From Nostoc sp. DedSLP01 (GTDB taxonomy: Bacteria; Cyanobacteriota; Cyanobacteriia; Cyanobacteriales; Nostocaceae), in the NCBI GenBank assembly GCA_034530875.2, contig JAVRCJ020000055.1, positions 1 through 41,345 on the forward strand: a stretch of DNA of 41,345 nt. Reading direction: 5' to 3'. The notes under the pieces are model-generated. The model was not told where the DNA came from. It worked only from the letters and a program-made list of their open reading frames with translations, and made no database searches. How positions within the stretch are numbered: the stretch's first letter is position 1; each line of letters opens with the position of its first letter. Below are positions 28,751 to 40,648 of the stretch, one piece after another. The translations under genes were made by a program, and so were the position numbers.

Positions 28751-30667
28751 ATGTCTCATAAAATGCTCTTAGGTCAAATCGTCTATAGCAGCTTTGCAGC
28801 TATTGGTTTTAGGACGGTTACGAGCGCACAAATCACCCCTGAGATTCAGCAAGCCTTTATGGAAAGGGTGGTTTACGAGCACTGGAATTCTTATAAGCCG
28901 CCGAAATCTGGTTTCAGAGGCGTTTACATACATCAAGTGACCCCAGAGCAGGTTTTATTTGGCTGGTTATATAACGATGGAACAGATGATATAGCTCGCG
29001 GTGATGTCCCATACTTTGTTTGTTACTACTTAAGCGCACCGTTACTATTTTATTTTCAGTTAGAGGAAATTTTTAACTGTCTGCACTCAGGGCCATTAGC
29101 ATGGATAGACCGATACCGTCCGCCAGTAATGCCGCAAAGCATTGTGTTGCAAAACGCGAGGGGTTACAAACCCGTGCGTCCCGGAGTAGCAATTCCTGCG
29201 CCGATCCGCGCACGCAGCCATATTGCTTTGAAGCAAGGAGATTTACTAAATTTATTTGTTCCGTTTAACCCGCAAGAAAATAACGTTGAGATGAATCCTC
29301 AGGCTCAAGCAGAGGAGATAGATAACTGTGCAATTTATACTCGTTATTTAGTTAAAGCTGTAGAAACTGGTCTTGTATCTCTCAACGATGATTTTAATGT
29401 TATTAACGATAAGATTAAGCAGCCCTACCAAGGATATAAAAAAAATTTGCAGCGCTACGAGCAAGCCTTTGTGTCCGTAATGCAACGCGATTCACCGATT
29501 CCACAGGACATTCACAATAAATTAAAACGTTTGCAGCACAGTTTGCATTTAATCAAAGAAGATATAGCAAGAGTTGAAGCTCGTTTTCAAAATGCAAGTT
29601 TATCAAGTGTAAATAGTAGCAGAGTTAAATATAATTTTCCTCTACATATTTCTGGAAACTTCCAATTATCACGTATAGCAGGTATTACTGCGGCTATTTT
29701 AGCTATTACAGCAGGAGCGATCGCACTCAATCAAATCAAAGCCCCACTTAAGCCTCACCTAGAACCACGGGCAATCAATAGATCTATAATTAGCGAAAAC
29801 TCCGATCGCATACAAAATATACCCCACGGAATATTTAAATATAGTGGTTCTAGTACATTTGCCTTTTTGCAATCGCGGAACGTAAGATCGCTTTTTAATC
29901 AAGCTCATCCTAAATTTCAGCTACGCTACATCGAACCAACACTAGGCAAGCCTTATTCTGATATGGCGATCGAAATGCTGATTGAAGGAGAAATTAGTTT
30001 TGCCTTGTCTTCACGAGAGATCGAAACAAAAGAGTTTAAACAAGCTACCGGACGTGGTTTTCTCTTAGAAGAAATTTTAGTAGGTATTGATGCCATTGCT
30101 GTATATGTGAATCCGCAATTATCAATACCTGGTTTAACGATTTCTCAATTAAATGACATCTATGCAGGCAAAATCAGGAATTGGAAAGCAGTAGGCGGCC
30201 CAAATTTGCGAATTACTCTTATTAGCTACGAGCTGAATACTGGCAATAGAGAAAATTTAGAAACAGTAGAATTCTTTCAAAAAGAAGTCTTAAAAGGAAA
30301 ACCATTTTCTTTAAAAGTCCAAAAGGTGCGAGATACCATCGAGTCTATCCGCAAAGTTGCTACCACTCGTGGCAGTATTAGTTATGCCAGAGCCTCAAAG
30401 GTTATTTCTCAGCACGCTATACGTCCTCTGCCCTTGTCGGATAACTTTAAGCAATCTTTCGTGGCTCCTATTGCTCAAAGTAATACTACTATGGCTAACA
30501 GTTCTGCTTTTATTAACGGCTCTTATCCCATCACAAAAAAGATATTTATTATTGTGAAACGAGATGGTGGTTTAAATGAAGAAGTTGGTTTAGCTTATAC
30601 TGACTTATTGTTAACACCTCAAGGACAAAGACTGATTGAAAAAGCTGGTTTTGTACCTATTCTCTAG
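28751..30667 (+). CDS. GAP1-N-like cytoplasmic domain + helical module + TM + PstS-like periplasmic binding domain
   Basis: N-terminal ~280 aa aligns with 25629. The C-terminus has GSST, SSRE, DAIAVYVNP, IYAGKIRNWKAVGGP, GSYPIT and GQRLIEKAGFV, typical of PBP2/PstS. Confidence 0.8.
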   Translation: MSHKMLLGQIVYSSFAAIGFRTVTSAQITPEIQQAFMERVVYEHWNSYKPPKSGFRGVYIHQVTPEQVLFGWLYNDGTDDIARGDVPYFVCYYLSAPLLFYFQLEEIFNCLHSGPLAWIDRYRPPVMPQSIVLQNARGYKPVRPGVAIPAPIRARSHIALKQGDLLNLFVPFNPQENNVEMNPQAQAEEIDNCAIYTRYLVKAVETGLVSLNDDFNVINDKIKQPYQGYKKNLQRYEQAFVSVMQRDSPIPQDIHNKLKRLQHSLHLIKEDIARVEARFQNASLSSVNSSRVKYNFPLHISGNFQLSRIAGITAAILAITAGAIALNQIKAPLKPHLEPRAINRSIISENSDRIQNIPHGIFKYSGSSTFAFLQSRNVRSLFNQAHPKFQLRYIEPTLGKPYSDMAIEMLIEGEISFALSSREIETKEFKQATGRGFLLEEILVGIDAIAVYVNPQLSIPGLTISQLNDIYAGKIRNWKAVGGPNLRITLISYELNTGNRENLETVEFFQKEVLKGKPFSLKVQKVRDTIESIRKVATTRGSISYARASKVISQHAIRPLPLSDNFKQSFVAPIAQSNTTMANSSAFINGSYPITKKIFIIVKRDGGLNEEVGLAYTDLLLTPQGQRLIEKAGFVPIL

Positions 30668-30719
30668 AAAATTTGTGGAACAGTCGTTAGTATTTTCAAC
30701 TGCCTGTTCTCCATCGCAA

Positions 30720-30966
30720 TTATTGAAGAAGAATTCAGAATGGGCTACGCCTCGCTGCGCTAACAGAATTCAGAAGTCAGAACAAGAAAGTCTCTTATTC
30801 AGACCCGCGATTGATTGTTTTGCACCAAATCTACGATTTGGTGGGGGTCTTAAACCCAGTTATTCAGACGCGACGCTCTAATACTCGCTAACGCTGCGCT
30901 ATCTGCCAGTTGTACTCCAATTCATACTGAATTCTGACGACTGACTCCTGAATTCTATCTTGATAA
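30720..30966. mobile_element. MITE-like element with AGAATTC heptamer-rich inverted ends and internal SDR insertions
   Basis: TTATTGAAGAAGAATTCAG ... CTGAATTCTATCTTGATAA imperfect TIR. Confidence 0.55.
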
Positions 30967-31111
30967 TGTGGCGTTTTAGGACGAGTAGCTTGCAGCTTAT
31001 AGATTTATTGTCAGCAACTCCACAGAATTTATGCTGATAACTCGAACCACTACCAGTCAAGTAACTATATTATTAATTCAAAATACTACTTAGATATCGG
31101 GATGCTGGGCG

Positions 31112-32083
31112 ATGATTGCTAAACCTAAAATTTACATTGATGGGGAATCCGGAACCACAGGCTTACAGATTTACTCGCGGCTCAACCAACGGGATGACAT
31201 TGAGTTAGTAAGCATTGAGCCATCTAAACGCAAAGATGCAACCGAGCGAGCTAAACTAATTAACTCCGTGGATGTTGTCATTCTTTGCTTACCTGATGAC
31301 GCCGCCCGTGAAGCTGTGAGCTTAGTTATTAATACTAACGTTAAAATTCTTGATGCCAGTAGCGCCCATCGCACAGCTGAGGGTTGGGTATACGGCTTTC
31401 CCGAAATCAATCCAGGACAGCGAGAAAAAATCGCCAGCGCCCAGTTTGTTAGCAATCCCGGCTGTTATCCTACGGGATTTTTGGCTTGTATTCGTCCCTT
31501 GATTGCCAAAGGAATTTTAAATACAGACTTTCCCATTACCGTGAATGCAGTCTCCGGTTATTCTGGTGGCGGTAAAAATTTGATTCAAAAGTACGATGCT
31601 TTCCACCAACAGCAAGCCGGGGGAGATTCGCTTTATCCATACAGCATCTACGGTTTACAGTTTGGGCACAAACACGTTAAGGAAATGCATTACTTTTCCG
31701 GGTTAGCAACCCCACCGTTATTTGTACCGTCAGTGGGGGATTTTGAGCAGGGGATGTTAGTACAAGTACCTTTGCCCTTGGGGATTTTGGAGAATCCGCC
31801 ATCAGGTGAGGTAATCTATGAAGCGATCGCTGACTATTACCAAACTGAAAAGTTTGTCCAAGTTGCTCCATTTAAAGAACCTACGCTGCTCAGAGACGGA
31901 ACATTTCTAGATGCTAAAGCTATGAACGGCACCAACATTGTTCAAGTTTTTGTCTTCGCCAATGACGCTACTAAAGAAGCCTTGCTAGTCGCTCGTCTTG
32001 ACAACTTAGGCAAAGGCGCATCCGGAGCCGCAGTGCAAAATCTCAACATTATGTTAGGTCTTCCAGAAGAGTTGGGATTGTGA
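31112..32083 (+). CDS. argC: N-acetyl-gamma-glutamyl-phosphate reductase (type 2)
   Basis: IDGESGTTGL, DASSAHR, SNPGCYPT, SGYSGGG, LDNLGKGASGAAVQN. Confidence 0.96.
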   Translation: MIAKPKIYIDGESGTTGLQIYSRLNQRDDIELVSIEPSKRKDATERAKLINSVDVVILCLPDDAAREAVSLVINTNVKILDASSAHRTAEGWVYGFPEINPGQREKIASAQFVSNPGCYPTGFLACIRPLIAKGILNTDFPITVNAVSGYSGGGKNLIQKYDAFHQQQAGGDSLYPYSIYGLQFGHKHVKEMHYFSGLATPPLFVPSVGDFEQGMLVQVPLPLGILENPPSGEVIYEAIADYYQTEKFVQVAPFKEPTLLRDGTFLDAKAMNGTNIVQVFVFANDATKEALLVARLDNLGKGASGAAVQNLNIMLGLPEELGL

Positions 32084-32150
32084 GGGGCAGGGAAGGCGGG
32101 GAAGGCAGGGGAAGAAATGACCAATGCTCTTTGCCCTTTGCCCATCTCTA

Positions 32151-33140
32151 TTATTTTGCTTTTTCTTTGAGTTCTTTAAGTAACTCAATTACATGGTCTT
32201 CAAATCCTTTATTGCGTTCTGTAACTGATTCAATCGAGGGTTTATCAAACAGATTCAGGACTTTGTTACCTGTTTGAATACCTAGAGGTTTTAAATGTCC
32301 GCCTGCCAAAGTTTCGAGAAATTTTTGAGGTGGTTTTTTGAAAATATTAACAAACCAATCAGTGGTTGATTTAGCAATATTATCTGATTGGAAGCGGACT
32401 AAACCCATGATATTAAATAAGTTGCTATCCTTGATTAAATTTTGAGTTTCTTCGATGGTTGGTTTCACACCAAAACCAAGTTTATCGATAAAATCAGCTA
32501 AAAATTGAGGCCGGATAGCGCTGGCTGTATTTGTAATTGCAGGTGCGAATAAGATAGAAACTTGCCCTTTAATAAAGATGCTGTTAATTTTGACTTCTCG
32601 ACCTACATAAATGCGAATTAATTTCTGAACTTCTGCAATTTTTAGCTTTAGTTCGTCAACGAGAGTATTTATATCTGCAATAACACTTTCAATCTGTGAC
32701 TTATCTGAAGTGTAAGCCAGCAGTTTACGAATAAATAGTTCTCTATCTTCAGTTTTTTCGGGTAAAGCAGTAAATCCTTCTAAGAGAGAGATGTATTTAC
32801 AGCCAAGGCTATGTCCGATCCAAGAGAAGTTTTTATCATCTAGATAAGCTTCATAATCGTATCCTTCGACAGTTGCCATTCTCACAAGTTCTGGGAGAAT
32901 TTCATACTGCTCTCTCATGAGAAAACCAGCTTCTACATAATGGTTAAAAGTAAAGTTAAATGGCAGAATAACAATCGTATATCCCTGTTCGTATAAAGAT
33001 TGGAGCAGATAGCGATAAAAAAACATGGGGAAAAACGTACCAAAAAAAGCTCCTGCAATAAATTGAATTACCCCTTTAGGCTGTGGGTGAAGGGCAACCC
33101 AACTGTGAGAAACTGGTTTAAATCTCAATTTTAGACTCAT
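32151..33140 (-). CDS. DUF1350-family alpha/beta hydrolase-fold protein
   Basis: PKGVIQFIAGAF.G, GHSLGCK nucleophile elbow, GGHLKP. Confidence 0.8.
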   Translation of the reverse strand: MSLKLRFKPVSHSWVALHPQPKGVIQFIAGAFFGTFFPMFFYRYLLQSLYEQGYTIVILPFNFTFNHYVEAGFLMREQYEILPELVRMATVEGYDYEAYLDDKNFSWIGHSLGCKYISLLEGFTALPEKTEDRELFIRKLLAYTSDKSQIESVIADINTLVDELKLKIAEVQKLIRIYVGREVKINSIFIKGQVSILFAPAITNTASAIRPQFLADFIDKLGFGVKPTIEETQNLIKDSNLFNIMGLVRFQSDNIAKSTTDWFVNIFKKPPQKFLETLAGGHLKPLGIQTGNKVLNLFDKPSIESVTERNKGFEDHVIELLKELKEKAK

Positions 33141-33302
33141 ATTATCTTTAGCTTATTTGTAGGTATATGCTGAATCTACAAATTGAGGTTGTTGGGTTTC
33201 GGATTTTTTTACGGAAATCTAGACGATGGGGAAAGGTAAGGGGGGAAAGCATTGAATTACCGATGTTTTTTAATCCATAACGGGTGGCAAGCTCCCCTTG
33301 TG

Positions 33303-33398
33303 ATACCAATTCACTAAAATTTGGAAACAGATCTAAATCCAGAAAGCCTTGTAAAATATAGATTTCTTAATTTTTAATTTTTAATTTTGAATTGGTAT
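33303..33398. mobile_element. Small (96-bp) MITE-like element
   Basis: Perfect 11-bp terminal inverted repeats ATACCAATTCA / TGAATTGGTAT. Confidence 0.6.
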
Positions 33399-33469
33399 AA
33401 CCTGGTATGCACGAGTGTTTGCAGCGTGTATAGTCAGCTATGCGTTTAGTCCTCTTGGCCAGATCCTTA

Positions 33470-35263
33470 ATGCCATTTAATATTCTTCGACATCAAAAGC
33501 GGTTAATTGCCTTAGTGCTGGCTTGTTTTTTAATTCTTGTCGGTTGTCATCCAAGCAAGTTTCAAACTAAAGCAGCTCGAGTATCTCAAATAGTTCTAGT
33601 TTCTCTGAATGAGCCAGCTACTTTTAACTATGCCATTAATGACTCTCCCTATAGTGTTTTTTCCTTCATCTATAAAGGATTAGTCGATGAGAATCCGATT
33701 ACTGCTAAGTTAGAACCAGCACTAGCAGAAGCTTGGTCAATCTCCCCAGATCGAAAACGTATTACTTTTACCCTTAGAAAAAACCTCAGATGGTCAGATG
33801 GCGAACCATTGACAGCAGATGATGTTGTCTTTAGCTATCGAGACATTTATCTAAATCCAAAAATTCCCAATATATATAAAGATTTTCTTCGGATTGCAAA
33901 TACAGAAGCTTTCCCATCAATAAAAAAGCTCGATGAACTCAGAGTTGAGTTTACTTTACCAGAACCTTTCGCCCCTTTTTTAAGATATACAGAAAGATTG
34001 GCAATTTTGCCTGCCCATGCTTTGCGTTCCTCTGTGTTTTCTTATGATGCTCGAGGCAATCCTCAATTTATGTATATGTGGGGAACTAATACAGATGTAC
34101 AAAAAATTGTCTGTAATGGCCCTTATAAAATTGAAAGCTATACTCCTTCCGAACGAGTAATATTCCGGCGCAACCCTTATTATTGGCGCAAAGACACACA
34201 AGGAAAATCTCAACCTTATATTCAACGTATTATTTGGCAAATTATTTCTTCAACTGACAATCAATTATTGAGATTTCGTTCTGGAGAATTAGATAGTGTA
34301 GTTGTAACACCATCAGATTTTTCGTTGTTGAAGCGAGGAGAAAAGCGCGGAAAATATACTATTTATAACGGCGGTCCTAGTAATGGTTTTTCCTTTGTGG
34401 GATTCAATCTCAATCAAGCGCGTAATGCTCAAGGAAAATATTTCGTAGACCCAATAAAATCGCGGTGGTTTAATAACTTGGCTTTTAGACAAGCAGTCGC
34501 ATATTCTATTGACCGCGACACCATTAAAACTAATATCTATCGAGGATTAGGTGAAATCCAACATTCACCAATTGGTGTGCAAAGTCCTTATTATTTCTCT
34601 TTGCGATCGGGGTTAAAAGTTTACGATTACAATCCCGATCGCGCTAGGCAAATACTGATAGCAGCAGGTTTCAAATACAATTCCCAAAAACAACTGCTGG
34701 ATAAAGATGGAAATCGGGTTGAATTTGAACTGTTAGTGAAATCTGAAGACCGATCGCGGATAGATGCAGCCGTTCAAATCCAACAAGATCTCAGCCATAT
34801 TGGAATTAAAGCAAATTTGCAGGTAATTAATTTTAATGTTGTGTTGCAAAGGCTGCTATCTCGGCGCGATTGGGATTGTTATGTAGGAGCATTTGGTGCT
34901 ACTGGTGCAGATTTAGAGCCTCATCTCCTGTATCTATTTTGGTCTAGTCGTGGCTCTTTTCATCAATTCAACCAAGGCCCCCAACCAGGCGCACCTCCAA
35001 TACAAGGATGGGTAGTTTCTGATTGGGAACAAGAGATTGACAATCTATTCAACGCAGGAGTTCAAGAACTAAATGAAGAAAAGCGCCGGGCGATTTATGG
35101 CAGATTTCAACAAATAGTTGCCGAACAGCTACCAGTATTTTTTTTAGTGAATCCCATATCTTTTTATGCAGTCCGCAATCGCCTCGATCCTATCAAATAC
35201 TCTAGTTTAGCCTCTGTGTTATGGAACATTGATGAATGGCAAATCACAGACACAGACTCTTGA
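33470..35263 (+). CDS. ABC transporter substrate-binding lipoprotein, family 5 (peptide/nickel-type), with no permease genes adjacent
   Basis: Lipobox LVGC; EPALAEAW, FTLR..LRWSDGEPLTADDVVFS, GPY, RNPYYW, FRQAVAYSIDR. Alternative start at 33440. Confidence 0.92.
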   Translation: MPFNILRHQKRLIALVLACFLILVGCHPSKFQTKAARVSQIVLVSLNEPATFNYAINDSPYSVFSFIYKGLVDENPITAKLEPALAEAWSISPDRKRITFTLRKNLRWSDGEPLTADDVVFSYRDIYLNPKIPNIYKDFLRIANTEAFPSIKKLDELRVEFTLPEPFAPFLRYTERLAILPAHALRSSVFSYDARGNPQFMYMWGTNTDVQKIVCNGPYKIESYTPSERVIFRRNPYYWRKDTQGKSQPYIQRIIWQIISSTDNQLLRFRSGELDSVVVTPSDFSLLKRGEKRGKYTIYNGGPSNGFSFVGFNLNQARNAQGKYFVDPIKSRWFNNLAFRQAVAYSIDRDTIKTNIYRGLGEIQHSPIGVQSPYYFSLRSGLKVYDYNPDRARQILIAAGFKYNSQKQLLDKDGNRVEFELLVKSEDRSRIDAAVQIQQDLSHIGIKANLQVINFNVVLQRLLSRRDWDCYVGAFGATGADLEPHLLYLFWSSRGSFHQFNQGPQPGAPPIQGWVVSDWEQEIDNLFNAGVQELNEEKRRAIYGRFQQIVAEQLPVFFLVNPISFYAVRNRLDPIKYSSLASVLWNIDEWQITDTDS

Positions 35264-35430
35264 ACTGAGTAAACAAGAGGGTAATTGCAGCGATCGCACT
35301 TGTTTAGCATAAAATTACGCCTAATGTGAATTAAATTGGTTGAGACTGGAAGGTGAGAACGTTGATACCAAAACGAAGACGAAGCAATAAACGTAGGGTG
35401 TGAGAAGCAATTTTAGCCGTAATATGGACA

Positions 35431-35481
35431 TCTCTTCGAGAGGCTTCTCTTCGAGAGGCTTCGCCAACGCCAACGCCAACG
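35431..35481 (+). repeat. Nested or duplicated SDR-type small repeat
   Basis: TCTCTTCGAGAGGCT x2 followed by (CGCCAA)x3. Confidence 0.6.
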
Positions 35482-35617
35482 TGAAGGCTCACTACGCAAG
35501 TAATTTCTCCAAAAATCGGATTGCTATACTATATTAATAAATTATCAAGATGCGTATAACTTACTCAAGAAACTGTAATTTAAATAGCTGATATCAAAAA
35601 GCTTAAACACAGGTAAC

Positions 35618-37249
35618 TTGAGTATGAAATGCTTATTTATAGTTTGGGTAGTTGTACTATTTTTAGTCTTTCCTAATTGTGCGATCGCCCAAACCAAACA
35701 GCCCCATACTTTAATCCCAGGACTAGGAACATACCATCATGGAGTTTCTACTCAAAACCCCCAAGCGCAAAAGTTCTTTGACCAGGGTTTAAATCTCATT
35801 TACGGCTTTAATCATGATGAAGCTGTGCGTTCTTTTCAACACGCTGCTGAACTCGACCCACAAATGGCAATGGCACATTGGGGAATTGCTCTTGCCCTTG
35901 GCCCCAATATTAACTCAGTAATCACCAGTTCTAAAGAACAAGCTGGCTATCAAGCCATACAACAAGCTTTATTCTTGGCTGGGCAAGCATCAACAAAAGA
36001 AAGAGATTATATTCAGGCTTTAGCAAAACGTTATTCTGCAAATCCCAATGCAGATGTACATTCCCTAGATGTGGACTATGCCAAAGCAATGGCAAGTCTG
36101 GTTCAACGCTATCCTGATGACTTAGACGCGGCAACTTTATATGCCCAGAGCTTGATGGATTTGCATCCTTGGCAGTTGTGGACACATGATGGTCAACCAC
36201 AACCAGGAACAGAAAAAATTGTTGCTGTTTTAGAATCTGTTCTGCAAAGAAATCCGAATCACCCAGGCGCGAATCACTATTATATTCATGCAGTAGAAGC
36301 CTCATTACATCCAGAACGCGCCCTCAAGAGCGCCAAGCGATTAGAAACCTTAGTTCCTGCGGCTGGACACTTGGTACACATGCCTAGCCATATTTATTTC
36401 CGCGTCGGGGATTATACCGCAGCAATGCGAGTCAACGAGCAGGCGATCGCTCAAGATGTGCCTTACATTTGTCACAATCAAATTCAAGGTATTTATTCTC
36501 ACCTATACTTGACTCATAATATACATTTTCTGACGATCGCTAGTAGTATGGCAGGTAAACATCTTGATGCCCTGCAAGCGGCTCAGAGATTAGTTGCTCA
36601 TGCTAATTCTATAGATCCTCACTTACCCATGTTAGAGGGATTTCTAGCGAATAAATTATCGATACAAGCGCGATTTGGGGATTGGGATCAAATTTTACAG
36701 ACTCCTCGACCTGATGCTACACTTCCAACTACTAATGCGCTGTGGCACTTTACGCGAGGTTTGGCATACGCAGCCCAAAACCAGCCAGAAGATGCAGCAT
36801 TAGAAAGCCGTGCTTTACTAGCTGCTAGAAAGATCCTGCCAGCAGAGTCTACCATCGGTTTTACGCCTGCTAGTCGCATTTTAGACATTGCCCAAAAATT
36901 TTTAGATGCCAAGATTGCCAAATCTAGGAATGATTACCAGAGTGCGATCGCTATATTGGAACAAGCAGTAGTAGCAGAAGATAACCTAGACTACGTAGAA
37001 CCACCAGACTGGTACTTCCCCACGCGGGAAGCATTGGGGGGTGTCCTGTTAGCTAAAGGTGATTATGCGGCAGCAGAGACAGTATTTCGCGCTGATTTAA
37101 CTAAATATCCAGGTAATGGACGTTCCTTATTTGGCTTGCAGGCAAGTTTGCAAGCACAGGGTAAAAATAAAGCTGCAAAATTTGCACAAACAGAATTTGC
37201 TCAAGCATGGCTTGACTCAGATACTCAGCTAAAGATTGAGAATCTTTGA
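35618..37249 (+). CDS. Secreted TPR-repeat protein with His-rich conserved motifs
   Basis: Signal peptide (AIA-Q), TPR pattern, HPGANHYYIHAVE and HLVHMPSHIY. Start is TTG 35618 or ATG 35624. Confidence 0.82.
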   Translation: MSMKCLFIVWVVVLFLVFPNCAIAQTKQPHTLIPGLGTYHHGVSTQNPQAQKFFDQGLNLIYGFNHDEAVRSFQHAAELDPQMAMAHWGIALALGPNINSVITSSKEQAGYQAIQQALFLAGQASTKERDYIQALAKRYSANPNADVHSLDVDYAKAMASLVQRYPDDLDAATLYAQSLMDLHPWQLWTHDGQPQPGTEKIVAVLESVLQRNPNHPGANHYYIHAVEASLHPERALKSAKRLETLVPAAGHLVHMPSHIYFRVGDYTAAMRVNEQAIAQDVPYICHNQIQGIYSHLYLTHNIHFLTIASSMAGKHLDALQAAQRLVAHANSIDPHLPMLEGFLANKLSIQARFGDWDQILQTPRPDATLPTTNALWHFTRGLAYAAQNQPEDAALESRALLAARKILPAESTIGFTPASRILDIAQKFLDAKIAKSRNDYQSAIAILEQAVVAEDNLDYVEPPDWYFPTREALGGVLLAKGDYAAAETVFRADLTKYPGNGRSLFGLQASLQAQGKNKAAKFAQTEFAQAWLDSDTQLKIENL

Positions 37250-37592
37250 AATGGGAATGGAGCATAGGGAATTTGAGATTTTAGATTGAAACCTAATCCA
37301 AAATTTCAAATCCCAAATTGGCGAAACTTTGCCAATTTTACCCATGAAGATAACCGATCGCAGAACCTAATCCCGCTTTGCACCCCCGAGCGATCGCTGT
37401 TTTTTTTATACTTTCTTGCCTTGTATTTTTTGTTTTATTTGTCAATGCGTAAGTTCTATTAATGGGAAAAGTCAGATTGTGATTTAAAGCAGACGATCGC
37501 TGCATAACAACGCCCATGTACACCATCGACATCTCGGCGATCGGTTATGATGCAAAGGCTGTTTGCCGCTGCTGATTGCAACGGTAGTATGA

Positions 37593-40232
<2,640 letters not shown>

Positions 40233-40243
40233 GAGTAAAAGAT

Positions 40244-40387
40244 ATGAATCAAAATATTAATATTGCTGCTCATGGGGTTTCCGTTGGGATGACAAATAAC
40301 TTATTTGATTTATTGAATAAGATTTCTACAAAACTCAAGCATACTATCATTTGGAAGTTTGTTAGCAGTTGGATTCATATGTTTTGA
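40244..40387 (+). CDS. Putative small ORF (47 aa) directly after rph
   Basis: AGGAG SD overlapping the rph stop; MNQNINIAAHGVSVGMTNNLFDLLNKISTKLKHTIIWKFVSSWIHMF. Confidence 0.35.
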   Translation: MNQNINIAAHGVSVGMTNNLFDLLNKISTKLKHTIIWKFVSSWIHMF

Positions 40388-40648
40388 TTCAATTGTTTAA
40401 AATAATATAGTATTCTTTGAAGAAGGCAAGAGGCAGGAGGCAGAAGACTTTTATGGAATCTCCATAAATAAATTTAGAGGATTTAACTTTTGACATAGTA
40501 TTTCTCGCACTACGTGTCTCGAAATACATGTTTTCATCTTTGTTCATAAATAAATAATGGTGCTTTAAACTCTTTTAGCAGAAGGCAAAAATTATATTCT
40601 CTTCCAACTGAGCCTCCTGCCCTCTGCCCTCTGCCTTTCTTCGGTAAC

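Noticed and set aside
28751..30667. Canonical pstS of a phosphate ABC transporter
   Set aside because: It carries a large cytoplasmic N-terminal fusion, with no pstC/A/B nearby and no convincing Pho box upstream.
30636..30881. 81-aa ORF after the PstS fusion
   Set aside because: It runs through a MITE-like repeat and is not a plausible protein.
37378..37462. Sigma70-type convergent promoters upstream of rph
   Set aside because: TTGCAC/TTGTCA/TTGACA hexamers lack a correctly spaced -10, and TGCGTAAGTTCTA looks like the end of a dispersed repeat.
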